Shown here: in pieces, positions 38,820-47,186 of the stretch
How positions within the stretch are numbered: the first letter of the stretch is position 1
Layout: each line of letters opens with the position of its first letter
Origin: an uncultured Acidobacteriota bacterium
Lineage (GTDB): Bacteria; Acidobacteriota; Thermoanaerobaculia; Multivoradales; UBA5704
Assembly: GCA_963700145.1 (NCBI GenBank)
Contig: OY969474.1
Coordinates: forward strand, 4,448,001 to 4,512,000
Direction: 5' to 3'
DNA: 64,000 nt
Position numbers and translations under genes: made by a program
Notes under the pieces: model-generated
What the model was told of the DNA's origin: nothing
Database searches by the model: none
The model's input: the letters and a program-made list of their open reading frames with translations, nothing else

Positions 38820-39124
38820 CTCCAAAGCGCGCGAGCCGCAGGCGAGCGCGCGCTGACCGAAGCCCTTCGGCTCCAACAGACCGAGCGAAGCGAGGAATGG
38901 TGGACCAAATCACTCTGAGTTCGAACACCCCAGGAAGTTCGAACACCCTGATTTTCTGGCTCCGGGAAGTCGCGGCAATGAGGCAGGCGGCATGACGTCG
39001 GTGCCGGTGAAAGGCCTGTCTCTGGGTTCCGTGCGCCGTCTCCGGAGGAGCCCGGCAGGGCGCCTCACCGGGACCGGCGTCCCTCTCTGGCATCCGCTGC
39101 ACGGCAGCGGAGCGGAGGGGCAGT

Positions 39125-40081
39125 ATGGCTTGGAAGCCCGCGACCTCGCAGCTCTCGTTGGTCCTCCCTGGCGCCCCGGCGTCACAGTTTCATTCTACAG
39201 ATGTTGAGGTCAGAACCCGCAAGTCCAGGCGCGCTGGCAGCCTGATCCGGCAGGCGCTCTACCTCGACCAGGAGGATGCCTACGCCGCCGGCGAGGTCGG
39301 TTTCCTGGCCCGGGCGCTCGTCCAAGCCACGCTGCCCCACAGCGACCCGAAGACCAACGAGTTCGTGCGGCGGAACGGCCACTTCACGCTGTCGATCATG
39401 GCGCCCAAAGACGTCGGCCTCCCCTACGGCCGCTATCCTCGCTTGGTTCTGGCCTACCTGAGCACCGAGGCGGTCCGGCGAAAGAGCCCCGACGTCGAGC
39501 TCGGCAGCCACTTCTCTCACTTCTGCGCCTCCCTCGGCATCCCACCGACTTCCGGGCCTCGGGGCTCGCTGCCAATGCTCCGCGACCAGATGCAGCGCCT
39601 CTTCGCCTCGACCTTCCAGTGCATCTTCCATGACGAGAGCAAGGGCAGCCACGCCGGCGACGGCTTCCTGGTCGCCGAGAAGCGGGAGCTTTGGTGGGAT
39701 CCGCGACACGACAGGGGTGAGCTCTCGTGGGGCTCGCACGTGGTCCTCTCGGACCGGTTCTTCCGCGAGGCGACTGAGGCACCGGTGCCGCTTGATCTGC
39801 GGGTCCTGCGCGCCCTCCGATCGCCGTTCGAGATCGACATCTACATCTGGCTCACCTGGAGGTTCTTTCGGCTGCGCCGGCCGGTGACCATTCCTTGGCC
39901 GTCGCTGGCGCTCCAGTTCGGCTCGGGGTACGCGAACCCGCGGCACTTCAAGAAGCGGTTCCTCGGCTACCTCCGCGGGGTCATCGACTACTACCCGAAT
40001 GTGAGGCTGGAGAGCTCGTCAGCGGGGCTGCTGCTCAAGCCGTCGCCAACGCACATCGAGCCACGGCCGGCGAAGCGTTGA
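39125..40081 (+). CDS. repA: Plasmid replication initiator RepA (IncW-like RepA_C family)
   Basis: GFLARALVQATLPHSDP, GLPYGRYPRL, PVPLDLRVLRALR, IYIWLTWR, QFGSGY; start uncertain. Confidence 0.88.
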   Translation: MAWKPATSQLSLVLPGAPASQFHSTDVEVRTRKSRRAGSLIRQALYLDQEDAYAAGEVGFLARALVQATLPHSDPKTNEFVRRNGHFTLSIMAPKDVGLPYGRYPRLVLAYLSTEAVRRKSPDVELGSHFSHFCASLGIPPTSGPRGSLPMLRDQMQRLFASTFQCIFHDESKGSHAGDGFLVAEKRELWWDPRHDRGELSWGSHVVLSDRFFREATEAPVPLDLRVLRALRSPFEIDIYIWLTWRFFRLRRPVTIPWPSLALQFGSGYANPRHFKKRFLGYLRGVIDYYPNVRLESSSAGLLLKPSPTHIEPRPAKR

Positions 40082-40096
40082 GCGGGTCCTGATGGT

Positions 40097-40131
40097 TTGC
40101 ACAAAAGTTAACCCTGGGTTAACATTTGCGC
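40097..40131 (+). promoter_or_regulatory. abiE promoter with overlapping inverted-repeat operator
   Basis: TTGCAC-17-TAACAT; 33-bp imperfect palindrome at 40099-40131 (14/16 arm match). Confidence 0.7.
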
Positions 40132-40134
40132 GCC

Positions 40135-40734
40135 ATGGGCACCGTAGCTCCGAAGGCACGGAACCAGCCGGATTGGGATGGCCTCTTCACCGTCGCGCAG
40201 GCCCAGAGCGGCTACTTCACGACGGCTCAAGCCGCCCAGTCGGGCTATTCGCGTCCACTCCTTCACAAGTACCTGGCGACGGGGAAGGTGGCGCGCGTGC
40301 GACGTGGCGTCTACCGCGTCGTTCACTTCCCGGCCAGCGAGCACGAGGACCTCATCGTGCTCTGGCTTTGGGCCGAGCAGGCCGGGGTCTTTTCCCATGA
40401 GACGGCCCTCGCGCTCCACGATCTCTCCGACGCGCTTCCCGGAAAGGTCCACATGACGGTGCCCCCGAGCTGGCGTCGTCGTCGTCTCCGAGTCCCTGCC
40501 GGCCTCGTCCTGCACTTCGCCGACGTCGGCGACGTCGATCGCGCCAGCTACTCGGCGGTGCCCGTCACGACGCCGCTCCGGACCCTGCGAGACTGCATCG
40601 AGGCCAACGTCGCCGCCGACCTCGTGCGGCAGGGGATTCTCCAGGCGCGTCGGCGCGGGATCGTTTCCGCGAAAGATGAAGCTCGACTTCTTGCCGGCCT
40701 TGGCAGCCAGGCTCGAACGGTAGCCGCGCGATGA
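40135..40734 (+). CDS. abiEi: Type IV TA antitoxin AbiEi
   Basis: AQSGYFTTAQA, RVRRGVYR, SHETALALH, VPVTTPLRTLRD. Confidence 0.9.
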   Translation: MGTVAPKARNQPDWDGLFTVAQAQSGYFTTAQAAQSGYSRPLLHKYLATGKVARVRRGVYRVVHFPASEHEDLIVLWLWAEQAGVFSHETALALHDLSDALPGKVHMTVPPSWRRRRLRVPAGLVLHFADVGDVDRASYSAVPVTTPLRTLRDCIEANVAADLVRQGILQARRRGIVSAKDEARLLAGLGSQARTVAAR

Positions 40735-41654
40735 CCGCTCGCCAGTACGCAACGCCTCTGGCCTTCAAGCAGGCCCTCGAGCAACGGCTCAAGTCCTCGT
40801 CTGCCACCGGCGTCGACTTCGCTCGGCGCCGCCAGTTGCTCGTCTTCGATCGCTTCCTCGCTCGCCTGGCCCAGGTCGCTGGCGACGCCGTTACTCTCAA
40901 GGGTGGGCTCGTCCTCGAACTTCGCCTCGCTCGGGCGCGGACCACCAAAGACATCGACCTTCGCATGATGGGCTCGTCCGACGACGTGCTCGAGCGGCTC
41001 CAGGAAGCAGGCCGCCTCGACCTCGGCGACCACATGCTGTTCGAGGTCCAGCCGGATGCGGATCAGCCCGAGATCCAGAACGAAGGGATGCGCTACGACG
41101 GTTTTCGCTATCGCACCGAGTGTCGGCTCGCGGGCATGATCTACAGCCGACCGTTCGGCGTCGACGTAGCCTTCGGGGATCCGCTCGTGGGCCAACCGGA
41201 CATCGTCGTTGCCGACGACATCCTGGCCTTCGCAGGCATTGCCCCTCCGTCGCTGCGCCTGTATCCGGTCGTCTCCCACATCGCCGAGAAGCTTCACGCG
41301 CTCACGATGCCCCGGCCGAGGCCGAACACGCGGGTTCGAGATCTTCCCGACCTGGCACTGCTGGCGACGACCGGCCCGATCGAAGGGGCGGAGCTTCGCT
41401 TGGCGCTCGAGAGGACGTTCGGCTTCCGAGGCACTCACCCGCTGCCTGCATCCGTTCCCGCGCCGCCGGCGTTCTGGGAAGCCCCCTACGCTGCGATGGC
41501 CTCGGGCGACGAACTGATCTGGGGGACGCTTGCGGACGTCACGGGAGCCGTATCAGCCTTCCTTGATCCCGCGCTCGATTCGGCCAGCTGCGGGACCTGG
41601 GAGCCGACGGACTGGCGCTGGGACGCCGCTCGTGAGGCGCCCGCGCACCGATGA
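40731..41654 (+). CDS. abiEii: Type IV TA toxin AbiEii (nucleotidyltransferase)
   Basis: LKGGLVL, RTTKDID, AEKLHA, RVRDLPDL. Confidence 0.92.
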   Translation: MTARQYATPLAFKQALEQRLKSSSATGVDFARRRQLLVFDRFLARLAQVAGDAVTLKGGLVLELRLARARTTKDIDLRMMGSSDDVLERLQEAGRLDLGDHMLFEVQPDADQPEIQNEGMRYDGFRYRTECRLAGMIYSRPFGVDVAFGDPLVGQPDIVVADDILAFAGIAPPSLRLYPVVSHIAEKLHALTMPRPRPNTRVRDLPDLALLATTGPIEGAELRLALERTFGFRGTHPLPASVPAPPAFWEAPYAAMASGDELIWGTLADVTGAVSAFLDPALDSASCGTWEPTDWRWDAAREAPAHR

Positions 41655-41665
41655 AACTGTGACGG
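41647..41665 (+). repeat. Orphan iteron copy, identical to 46685-46703
   Basis: ACCGATGAAACTGTGACGG. Confidence 0.9.
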
Positions 41666-41708
41666 GGCGCCGCCGCGACGCCAGAGGCTGGCGCCGTGCT
41701 CGGGCCGT

Positions 41709-43181
41709 CTAGGTCAGGAGGAACGAGGGGGCGTAGCCCGGCTGCTGATCCTCCATGACCTCAACCTCACGCGCTACAGCGTTCAATTGGTGCCCGAGGA
41801 AGCAGGCGCCGCTAAGCGGGCCGAAGTAGAAGAGCAGAAGCCGCCTGGCGCCGTGCTCTTTCACGAAGGAGCGCATCCGCTCCTTCGTACGTCGCGCGAA
41901 TGCCACTACGTCTGCCGCCGAGCCGAAACACTCGCGGCCGAGCTCCCGGTCAGGGCGTAGGAACAAGACGGCTTGTGCCGCCAGGGTCGCCTGCAGGTAC
42001 CTTCGGACGTCGTCATCGAGCGACCCTGTAACGCTGATTCCGACAGCGACGGAGGAGCGATCGCCACCCTCGATCTGCTCCCGGCCGTGTTCGAGAACAT
42101 CGAGGGTAGACGGCAGCGCATCGGTGCGCCAGAGCTTTCCCTGCTGGTCCACCTCGACCGTGTAGCGCGCGACGTCGGCGAACGTGTGTCCAAAGGCAAA
42201 CCACGCCGACAGCCGCGAGAGTCCTCGCGCGCGAATCAGGCGTGCCGTCGAGCTCGTGTTGAGCTGTCCCTCGAGGGCGCGGAGCTCGGGGAGCATCTTC
42301 TCGTTCCACGCCGCCGGGTCCAGGACGCGGTGTCCTCTCTTCTGCTCGTCGCCTTCGAAATATCCTCGCCAGTCGAGCAGGTGATCGGGAGGCACTTCGA
42401 ACCGCTGCTGCTTCACGGTCGAGAGGTAGACGGTAGTCGCTGGCTCGCTGCTGGCCGGCAGGTGAAGGCCATGCTCGGCCAGTAGCGCCTCAACGTCAGC
42501 GCGCCGCCGGGCTCCTCGCGCTGCCTTGACGAGGTTCCTCACGATGCCGACGCCGATCAACAGCGCCGCTGAGTCGTGCCGGAGGCCAAGGTGCTCCATT
42601 CGTTCGGCGACGCGCGCCTCCAACTCCTCCGCACAGTCGAAACCGAGGCGTAGCCGTAGCGAGCCGGCGAAGGCGCGGAACTCTTCCTCCTTGATCGAGA
42701 GGTGACTCAGCCACTGGTCGCGCGCCTTCCCGAGGGCGCCTCCCGGCGACGCCGTAAAGAAGTCCTCCGACAGCGCGCAGTCCGTACCCCGAATGCATTC
42801 TCTGACGCGGTCGGCTGGATCCCACGTCCAGTTGCTGACCAGCCGCAACTCGATCGGGAACTCGGCGTCAGTGCGCAGTGCCCGCCACGTCTCGTGGAAC
42901 TTCCTGAGCAGGCTCCTGCCCTTGCCTCTTGCATCGAGGAAGGTGTCCGTGGAGTACTGACTGCGCTGGTCGACGTGGTACTTCACCTGGAGGAACAAGT
43001 TAGGCCGAGTTGCCTGCTCCTCGTACTCCATCGTGATGTCGTCAACGAAGGCGGCATCCGGGTCCTCGATGGTGACGCTCCGGAGGTGACTCTTCGGCAT
43101 GAGCAACTCCAGCAGGTGCAACCAGCCGATCAGATGCTGGTAGTCGTCACCAGCGAGCCGGGCCGCAACCTGGTTTGCCAT
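41709..43181 (-). CDS. CBASS effector: Cap4-like PD-(D/E)xK endonuclease fused to SAVED domain
   Basis: GDDYQ, VDD...LQVKYH nuclease motifs; C-terminal LLLFYFGPLSGACFLGHQLN (SAVED); start overlaps the CD-NTase stop. Confidence 0.85.
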   Translation of the reverse strand: MANQVAARLAGDDYQHLIGWLHLLELLMPKSHLRSVTIEDPDAAFVDDITMEYEEQATRPNLFLQVKYHVDQRSQYSTDTFLDARGKGRSLLRKFHETWRALRTDAEFPIELRLVSNWTWDPADRVRECIRGTDCALSEDFFTASPGGALGKARDQWLSHLSIKEEEFRAFAGSLRLRLGFDCAEELEARVAERMEHLGLRHDSAALLIGVGIVRNLVKAARGARRRADVEALLAEHGLHLPASSEPATTVYLSTVKQQRFEVPPDHLLDWRGYFEGDEQKRGHRVLDPAAWNEKMLPELRALEGQLNTSSTARLIRARGLSRLSAWFAFGHTFADVARYTVEVDQQGKLWRTDALPSTLDVLEHGREQIEGGDRSSVAVGISVTGSLDDDVRRYLQATLAAQAVLFLRPDRELGRECFGSAADVVAFARRTKERMRSFVKEHGARRLLLFYFGPLSGACFLGHQLNAVAREVEVMEDQQPGYAPSFLLT

Positions 43182-44071
43182 CAGGACAGCGGGAACAACG
43201 GGCCGAGCAGTGCCCGCCACGCGCTGAGAGCGGCGCCGCCCTTCCCTCCCCGCGCCAAGTGGATCGCCTCCGTTGCCGCACCGCCGGCCGAGCTGAGGGC
43301 TGCTCTCGCGGACGCACACAGGTTGGCGTCCATCTTGTCGCTCACAGGTGGGCCGAGACCGGCCGGGTCAGCCCAGGTTTCGTGGATGCGGTCTGCGAGC
43401 GCGTGGAAGAAGCCCTGCATCTCGCGATCGAACTCGCCCCCGAAAGGAGGGTGCAGAACCTCGAGCGCCATCACTTCGACTAGGAAGGACGGCTTGACAA
43501 CCTTCCCCTGGTGGTTGTTCCAGTACTTCATCATTCTGACGAGAGCCTTCCACTCGCCGCTGTACGCTTGCTGTGCGTCAACCGCCTTCTGCTCGTGCAC
43601 CTTCGGGTTCGTGCTGGTCCAGCCTGAGCTCGCCTGCGTGTCTGGGATCTCGAAGTAGTCGTCCTTCGCGAACGCCGGCACAACATCGAAGCTCATCACT
43701 TGCTCGTCGGTCTGGTCGTCGGTCGAGACGACGCCGAAGTCAACGCTGACAGACCGGCGCTGCATCGCCACGCAGTCGCGGCCGTACTTTTCAGCGAGTG
43801 CCGACTCGACATCAGCGAGGAGTACAGTCGGCACCTTCGACCGATAGTGCCGCTCCTTCGCGCCCAGAACGCAGAAGATGTCCACGTCCTTCAGCGGCTT
43901 CGTTTTCGTCCAACGCTTGTAGGAGCCGGTGAGGAAGTCCGTCTCGATGTCGAACTTCGTGTCCATGTGCTCGCGGATCTCCCGCTGGCGGCGCGAGGCG
44001 TCCTTCTGCTCCTTGTCGGTCAGCTCCAGCCGGCTCTTGAACTTCCGGAATGCCTCGTCGATCGTCAGCAT
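43181..44071 (-). CDS. cdnD: CBASS CD-NTase (CdnD-like oligonucleotide cyclase)
   Basis: MLTIDEAFRKFKSRLEL, FLTGSY...KPLKDVD, FDVVPAF, KPSFLVEVMA, WADPAGLGP; closely resembles P. aeruginosa CdnD as recalled. Confidence 0.92.
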   Translation of the reverse strand: MLTIDEAFRKFKSRLELTDKEQKDASRRQREIREHMDTKFDIETDFLTGSYKRWTKTKPLKDVDIFCVLGAKERHYRSKVPTVLLADVESALAEKYGRDCVAMQRRSVSVDFGVVSTDDQTDEQVMSFDVVPAFAKDDYFEIPDTQASSGWTSTNPKVHEQKAVDAQQAYSGEWKALVRMMKYWNNHQGKVVKPSFLVEVMALEVLHPPFGGEFDREMQGFFHALADRIHETWADPAGLGPPVSDKMDANLCASARAALSSAGGAATEAIHLARGGKGGAALSAWRALLGPLFPLS

Positions 44072-44075
44072 CGCT

Positions 44076-44579
44076 TTACACTCTCCGGTAGTACGTCGCG
44101 CCGGCACCGAGCCCGCTGGCATCCACGGTGGTCCCGATGCTCTGCCGGACGAAGCCAGCCGTTGACCGGTAGGTCGTGCTTGACCAGCCGGAGACGTTAG
44201 GGCGCCCCGCCTTGGTGTGCACCACCACGCGATAGTCGCAAGTCGATGGCCACAAGCCCTGCTTCTGGATCGCATATCGAATCTGGTCGGTGTCGATCCA
44301 GAAGGCACCGGAACCGTCGGTCCATCCGTAGGCGATCGAGAAATCCCACCGTCCGACAAGCGCATCGGTCCGCGGGTTGAATACTTCGAGCGTGACAGTT
44401 TCGAGATCACGCGTCGTGATCCAGGTCGAGAGCCCTCGCTCGAGGTTCGTCCAGTCGTCCGCGATCTTGCTCGGATCCAGGCCGCTCTTCTTGATGATCT
44501 CTTGGAGGCAGTACAGCAGGTTGTTCGTCACGTAGGTGACGGAATGGGTGTACGTGTTGACGGCGACGAAGGTGCTCAT
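44076..44579 (-). CDS. cap7: HORMA domain protein Cap7 (HORMA2)
   Basis: YTHSVTYVT...SGLDP...RWD...YGWTDGSGAFW..YRST; resembles P. aeruginosa HORMA2. Confidence 0.88.
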   Translation of the reverse strand: MSTFVAVNTYTHSVTYVTNNLLYCLQEIIKKSGLDPSKIADDWTNLERGLSTWITTRDLETVTLEVFNPRTDALVGRWDFSIAYGWTDGSGAFWIDTDQIRYAIQKQGLWPSTCDYRVVVHTKAGRPNVSGWSSTTYRSTAGFVRQSIGTTVDASGLGAGATYYRRV

Positions 44580-45046
44580 GGCCGCAGGAAGGACTCCAGG
44601 TTGATGCTCGCCTCCGAAGCGGAGGTCTTCTCTTCAGTGTCAGGGGGAGACGTCTCCGCGAGGTCGCGGGCGGTGACCCGTGACGAGTGTCGCTTGAGGC
44701 TGGCATTTACCCAAGAGAGATCGTCTGTGGGGCAAGGTAGCGACATGGCCCAGGTTTCCGATTCGGCGGGCGAGCTAGGCAGAGCTGCCTCGTTCACGCC
44801 CTCACCCTCGATCGCTGCCTCTCCGTATACGCAGTACAACCGGATACGGGGGCCATTCCCGGTTACCACGATGGGAGACTCCTTCATCGCCTCGCGCGTG
44901 ATGAGGGATGACGCGATCCCGGTCACGCGCCGCAGTTCATCTTGGGCCGAGGTGTTCGTCGGCGCCACGAGGTCGATGACACGAAGCCACGTCTCGCTGG
45001 CGAGTCGGGCCGGAATCGACGCGAGCCTGCGCGCGACAACCGTCAT
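44576..45046 (-). CDS. cap8: HORMA domain protein Cap8 (HORMA3)
   Basis: MTVVARR...GPRIRLYC...SLPCP...LKRHSSRVTARD; resembles P. aeruginosa HORMA3. Confidence 0.85.
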   Translation of the reverse strand: MTVVARRLASIPARLASETWLRVIDLVAPTNTSAQDELRRVTGIASSLITREAMKESPIVVTGNGPRIRLYCVYGEAAIEGEGVNEAALPSSPAESETWAMSLPCPTDDLSWVNASLKRHSSRVTARDLAETSPPDTEEKTSASEASINLESFLRP

Positions 45047-45972
45047 CGGATCTTCTCCGTGCTGCTCTTCTGCTCTGCCTTGGCCGCTTGCGCTGCCGCG
45101 AGGATGTCGGCGCCGGTCAGGGATGCTGGGTCGACAGCAACTTCCTTTCGCCGAGCGCAGGCGGAGACGACGACCTTCCGAATCTGGCGGCCGTCGAGCC
45201 CTTCGCAGACCGTCGCCGCCTTGGTAACGTCCTTGTCTCCATTCAGGCTCTTCAGCCGCGGGTACGCCTCGGCGAGCGCTGCGATCGTCGACAGGAGGAT
45301 CGAGTGACACGCCTCTGGGGTCGGAAGGCCGATCGTGCGCACGAGGTCGGCTCGCGACACCAGAGCGGAGTCGATCGCCCCAGGGAAATTGCTCGTGGCG
45401 ATGAATAGCAGCTTCTTCTGCTTCGCGGCGAGGTAATCCAGCTGCGCAAGGACCGCATCCGTCGCCCGGTGGACGTCGATCGGATTGGCTTCCAGGCTCA
45501 TCTTCGAGCGGTCAGCAGCGAGCGTCTCGACTTCATCGAGGAGAACGATGAGGGGGTCGCCCGCCTGCTCCGCGATGGTCTGCCCGAAGAGTTCGGTGAC
45601 GGCCTTCTGGCTCCGTCCCAGCCTCGCGCTTGCCAGCCCATGTGGCTCGACCTCGAGGTAGCGAAAGGCACCGAGTCCCTTCACAGCCGCGGCGATTCGA
45701 GAGGCAAGACCGCGTGCGAGAGAGGTCTTGCCGGTGCCCGGCGGCCCAACGAGGAGGAGTACACCGTGAAGCGGCACGAGTGCGGGGTTCACCCGGGGGC
45801 GGAGGGTGAAGTTGAGAACACCCTGAGCCAGGAGTTCGTCCTTCAGAGCCGGGGCGACAACGATGGCGTCCCACAGCGCATCGAAGTCGGCGTCCGGCAG
45901 TAGCCTGCTGTCGAGGATGCCTTCTGCCTCGACCCGCCACTCCTTCTTCGCTGCCGCCTGGTTGCTACGCAC
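45043..45972 (-). CDS. cap6: TRIP13/Pch2-like AAA+ ATPase Cap6
   Basis: GPPGTGKTSLA, VLLDEVETLA, ANPIDVHRATDAVLAQLD, ATSN. Confidence 0.92.
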   Translation of the reverse strand: MRSNQAAAKKEWRVEAEGILDSRLLPDADFDALWDAIVVAPALKDELLAQGVLNFTLRPRVNPALVPLHGVLLLVGPPGTGKTSLARGLASRIAAAVKGLGAFRYLEVEPHGLASARLGRSQKAVTELFGQTIAEQAGDPLIVLLDEVETLAADRSKMSLEANPIDVHRATDAVLAQLDYLAAKQKKLLFIATSNFPGAIDSALVSRADLVRTIGLPTPEACHSILLSTIAALAEAYPRLKSLNGDKDVTKAATVCEGLDGRQIRKVVVSACARRKEVAVDPASLTGADILAAAQAAKAEQKSSTEKIR

Positions 45973-45975
45973 TCT

Positions 45976-46623
45976 TCACTCGCTCTCTTTTGGGATCGTG
46001 GCGACGACAACACCCTGAAGCCGGAAGTCGGGGCCAACCACGATCGGTCGGTGCACAGGGTTCGTCGACATCGGTTCGAGCAGGATCGCGTCTCGCCCGA
46101 CGCGAAGGCGCTTCACGGTCGCGCTGTCGTCGATGAGTGCGACGACGTGCTCACCGGGCTCTGCGGTGTCCTGTTGCCTGACGAGCACAAGGTCACCGTC
46201 CTGGATCCCTACGCGGTCCATGGAGTCGCCCCGGACCCGGAGAATGAAGTAGCTCCAGCGCCCTCGAGCGAGGCTCGTCGAGACGGGGATATAGCTCTCG
46301 ACATTCTCAACAGCGAGGATCGGCTGGCCGGCCGCAACCTGGCCGATGACGGGCACCGGCACGGTATCGGTGCGGTCTGGTACTTCGGTGCCGGTATAGC
46401 GCCGCAGGACGCGGACGTTGCGCGCCCCCGCCGCGCGGTCGATATATCCGGCCTGTTGGAGGGCATCGAGGAACTGCGCGACGCTGCGTGGCGAGCGGAA
46501 CCCTCCTAACGCCTGCATCTCGCGCACACTCGGTGGTACCCCCTCGCGGGCCTGGTACTGGACGAGTCGCTCGAGGAAGAGCGACTGCTTGGGTGTGAGT
46601 TTCTCGGGACGGTCTTCTCCCAT
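45976..46623 (-). CDS. lexA: LexA-family self-cleaving transcriptional repressor
   Basis: LTPKQ...PPSVREM wHTH, VAAG cleavage site, GDSM (Ser), TVKR (Lys). Confidence 0.92.
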   Translation of the reverse strand: MGEDRPEKLTPKQSLFLERLVQYQAREGVPPSVREMQALGGFRSPRSVAQFLDALQQAGYIDRAAGARNVRVLRRYTGTEVPDRTDTVPVPVIGQVAAGQPILAVENVESYIPVSTSLARGRWSYFILRVRGDSMDRVGIQDGDLVLVRQQDTAEPGEHVVALIDDSATVKRLRVGRDAILLEPMSTNPVHRPIVVGPDFRLQGVVVATIPKESE

Positions 46624-46631
46624 GGAGCAGG

Positions 46632-46637
46632 ATTATA
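46632..46637 (-). promoter_or_regulatory. Perfect -10 box (TATAAT) 8 nt upstream of lexA ATG; probably leaderless transcript
   Basis: Minus strand TTTGTG-TATAAT-CCTGCTCC-ATG; no SD. Confidence 0.6.
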
Positions 46638-46684
46638 CACAAACGCGCCAATCCGCCGGAGTCGGCGTCGGGCCCGCGCCAGTA

Positions 46685-46933
46685 ACCGATGAAACTGTGA
46701 CGGTCAGACGCGCCCCTCTTTCCACAGCGGCCTGCGGATTCAGAGGAGTTTTCCAGATGAAACGGTGACGCCCCCACCGATGAAACTGTGACGCCCGTCG
46801 GCCTGGCACCGATGAAACGGTGACGCGGGCCCGATGATTCGGTGACGCGACCTCGGTGCAAGTCATTGATGCTGCGGCACCTGCGCCGTCCCCCTGTAGT
46901 TCCCTGTAGATACTCCTCTAGCTCACCTCGTAG
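46685..46933 (+). repeat. Iteron array / putative oriV
   Basis: GATGA(A/T)(A/T)C(T/G)GTGACG at 46688, 46756, 46779, 46811, 46833; DnaA-box-like CTTTCCACA at 46718; periodic CCTGTAG-like units at 46893-46933. Confidence 0.75.
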
Positions 46934-47022
46934 CAGCGCGACGGCGGCTGCGGAAAACAGCCAGGACCTGAGTCCGCAAGACCAGGGATCCGCGTGACGC
47001 TGCGCTCTCCCCCTCAACGCAC

Positions 47023-47112
47023 GACCAGTCTCATCAGCCGCTCCGGGGCGTCAAGGCCGAGCCCTCCGGGTGGCCTGCGGCCAGCCTTGACGCTTCCTCG
47101 CGGCCGGACTGG
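47023..47112. promoter_or_regulatory. Long hairpin, ssi/Frpo-like single-strand element upstream of ardC
   Basis: GCGTCAAGGC (47048) ... GCCTTGACGC (47084) perfect arms plus outer pairing. Confidence 0.55.
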
Positions 47113-47186
47113 CTCTTCAGGTGCGTTGAGGGGAAGCCCTCAGGTTCTCGGAATCCACCGAGAACGGCACCGAGAGGAGAGCGGCG

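Noticed and set aside
38799-38880. Complete tRNA gene
   Set aside because: Only positions 56-76 are present; the upstream sequence cannot form D or anticodon arms.
38918-38948. LexA box in the GTTCGAAC repeats
   Set aside because: Spacing is GTTC-N14-GTTC or GAAC-N10-GTTC, matching neither GTTC-N7-GTTC nor GAAC-N4-GTTC.
46685-46847. Repeat array as a mini-CRISPR
   Set aside because: Repeat cores are only 15 bp and non-palindromic, gaps are irregular (7-53 nt), and there are no cas genes; an iteron origin fits better.
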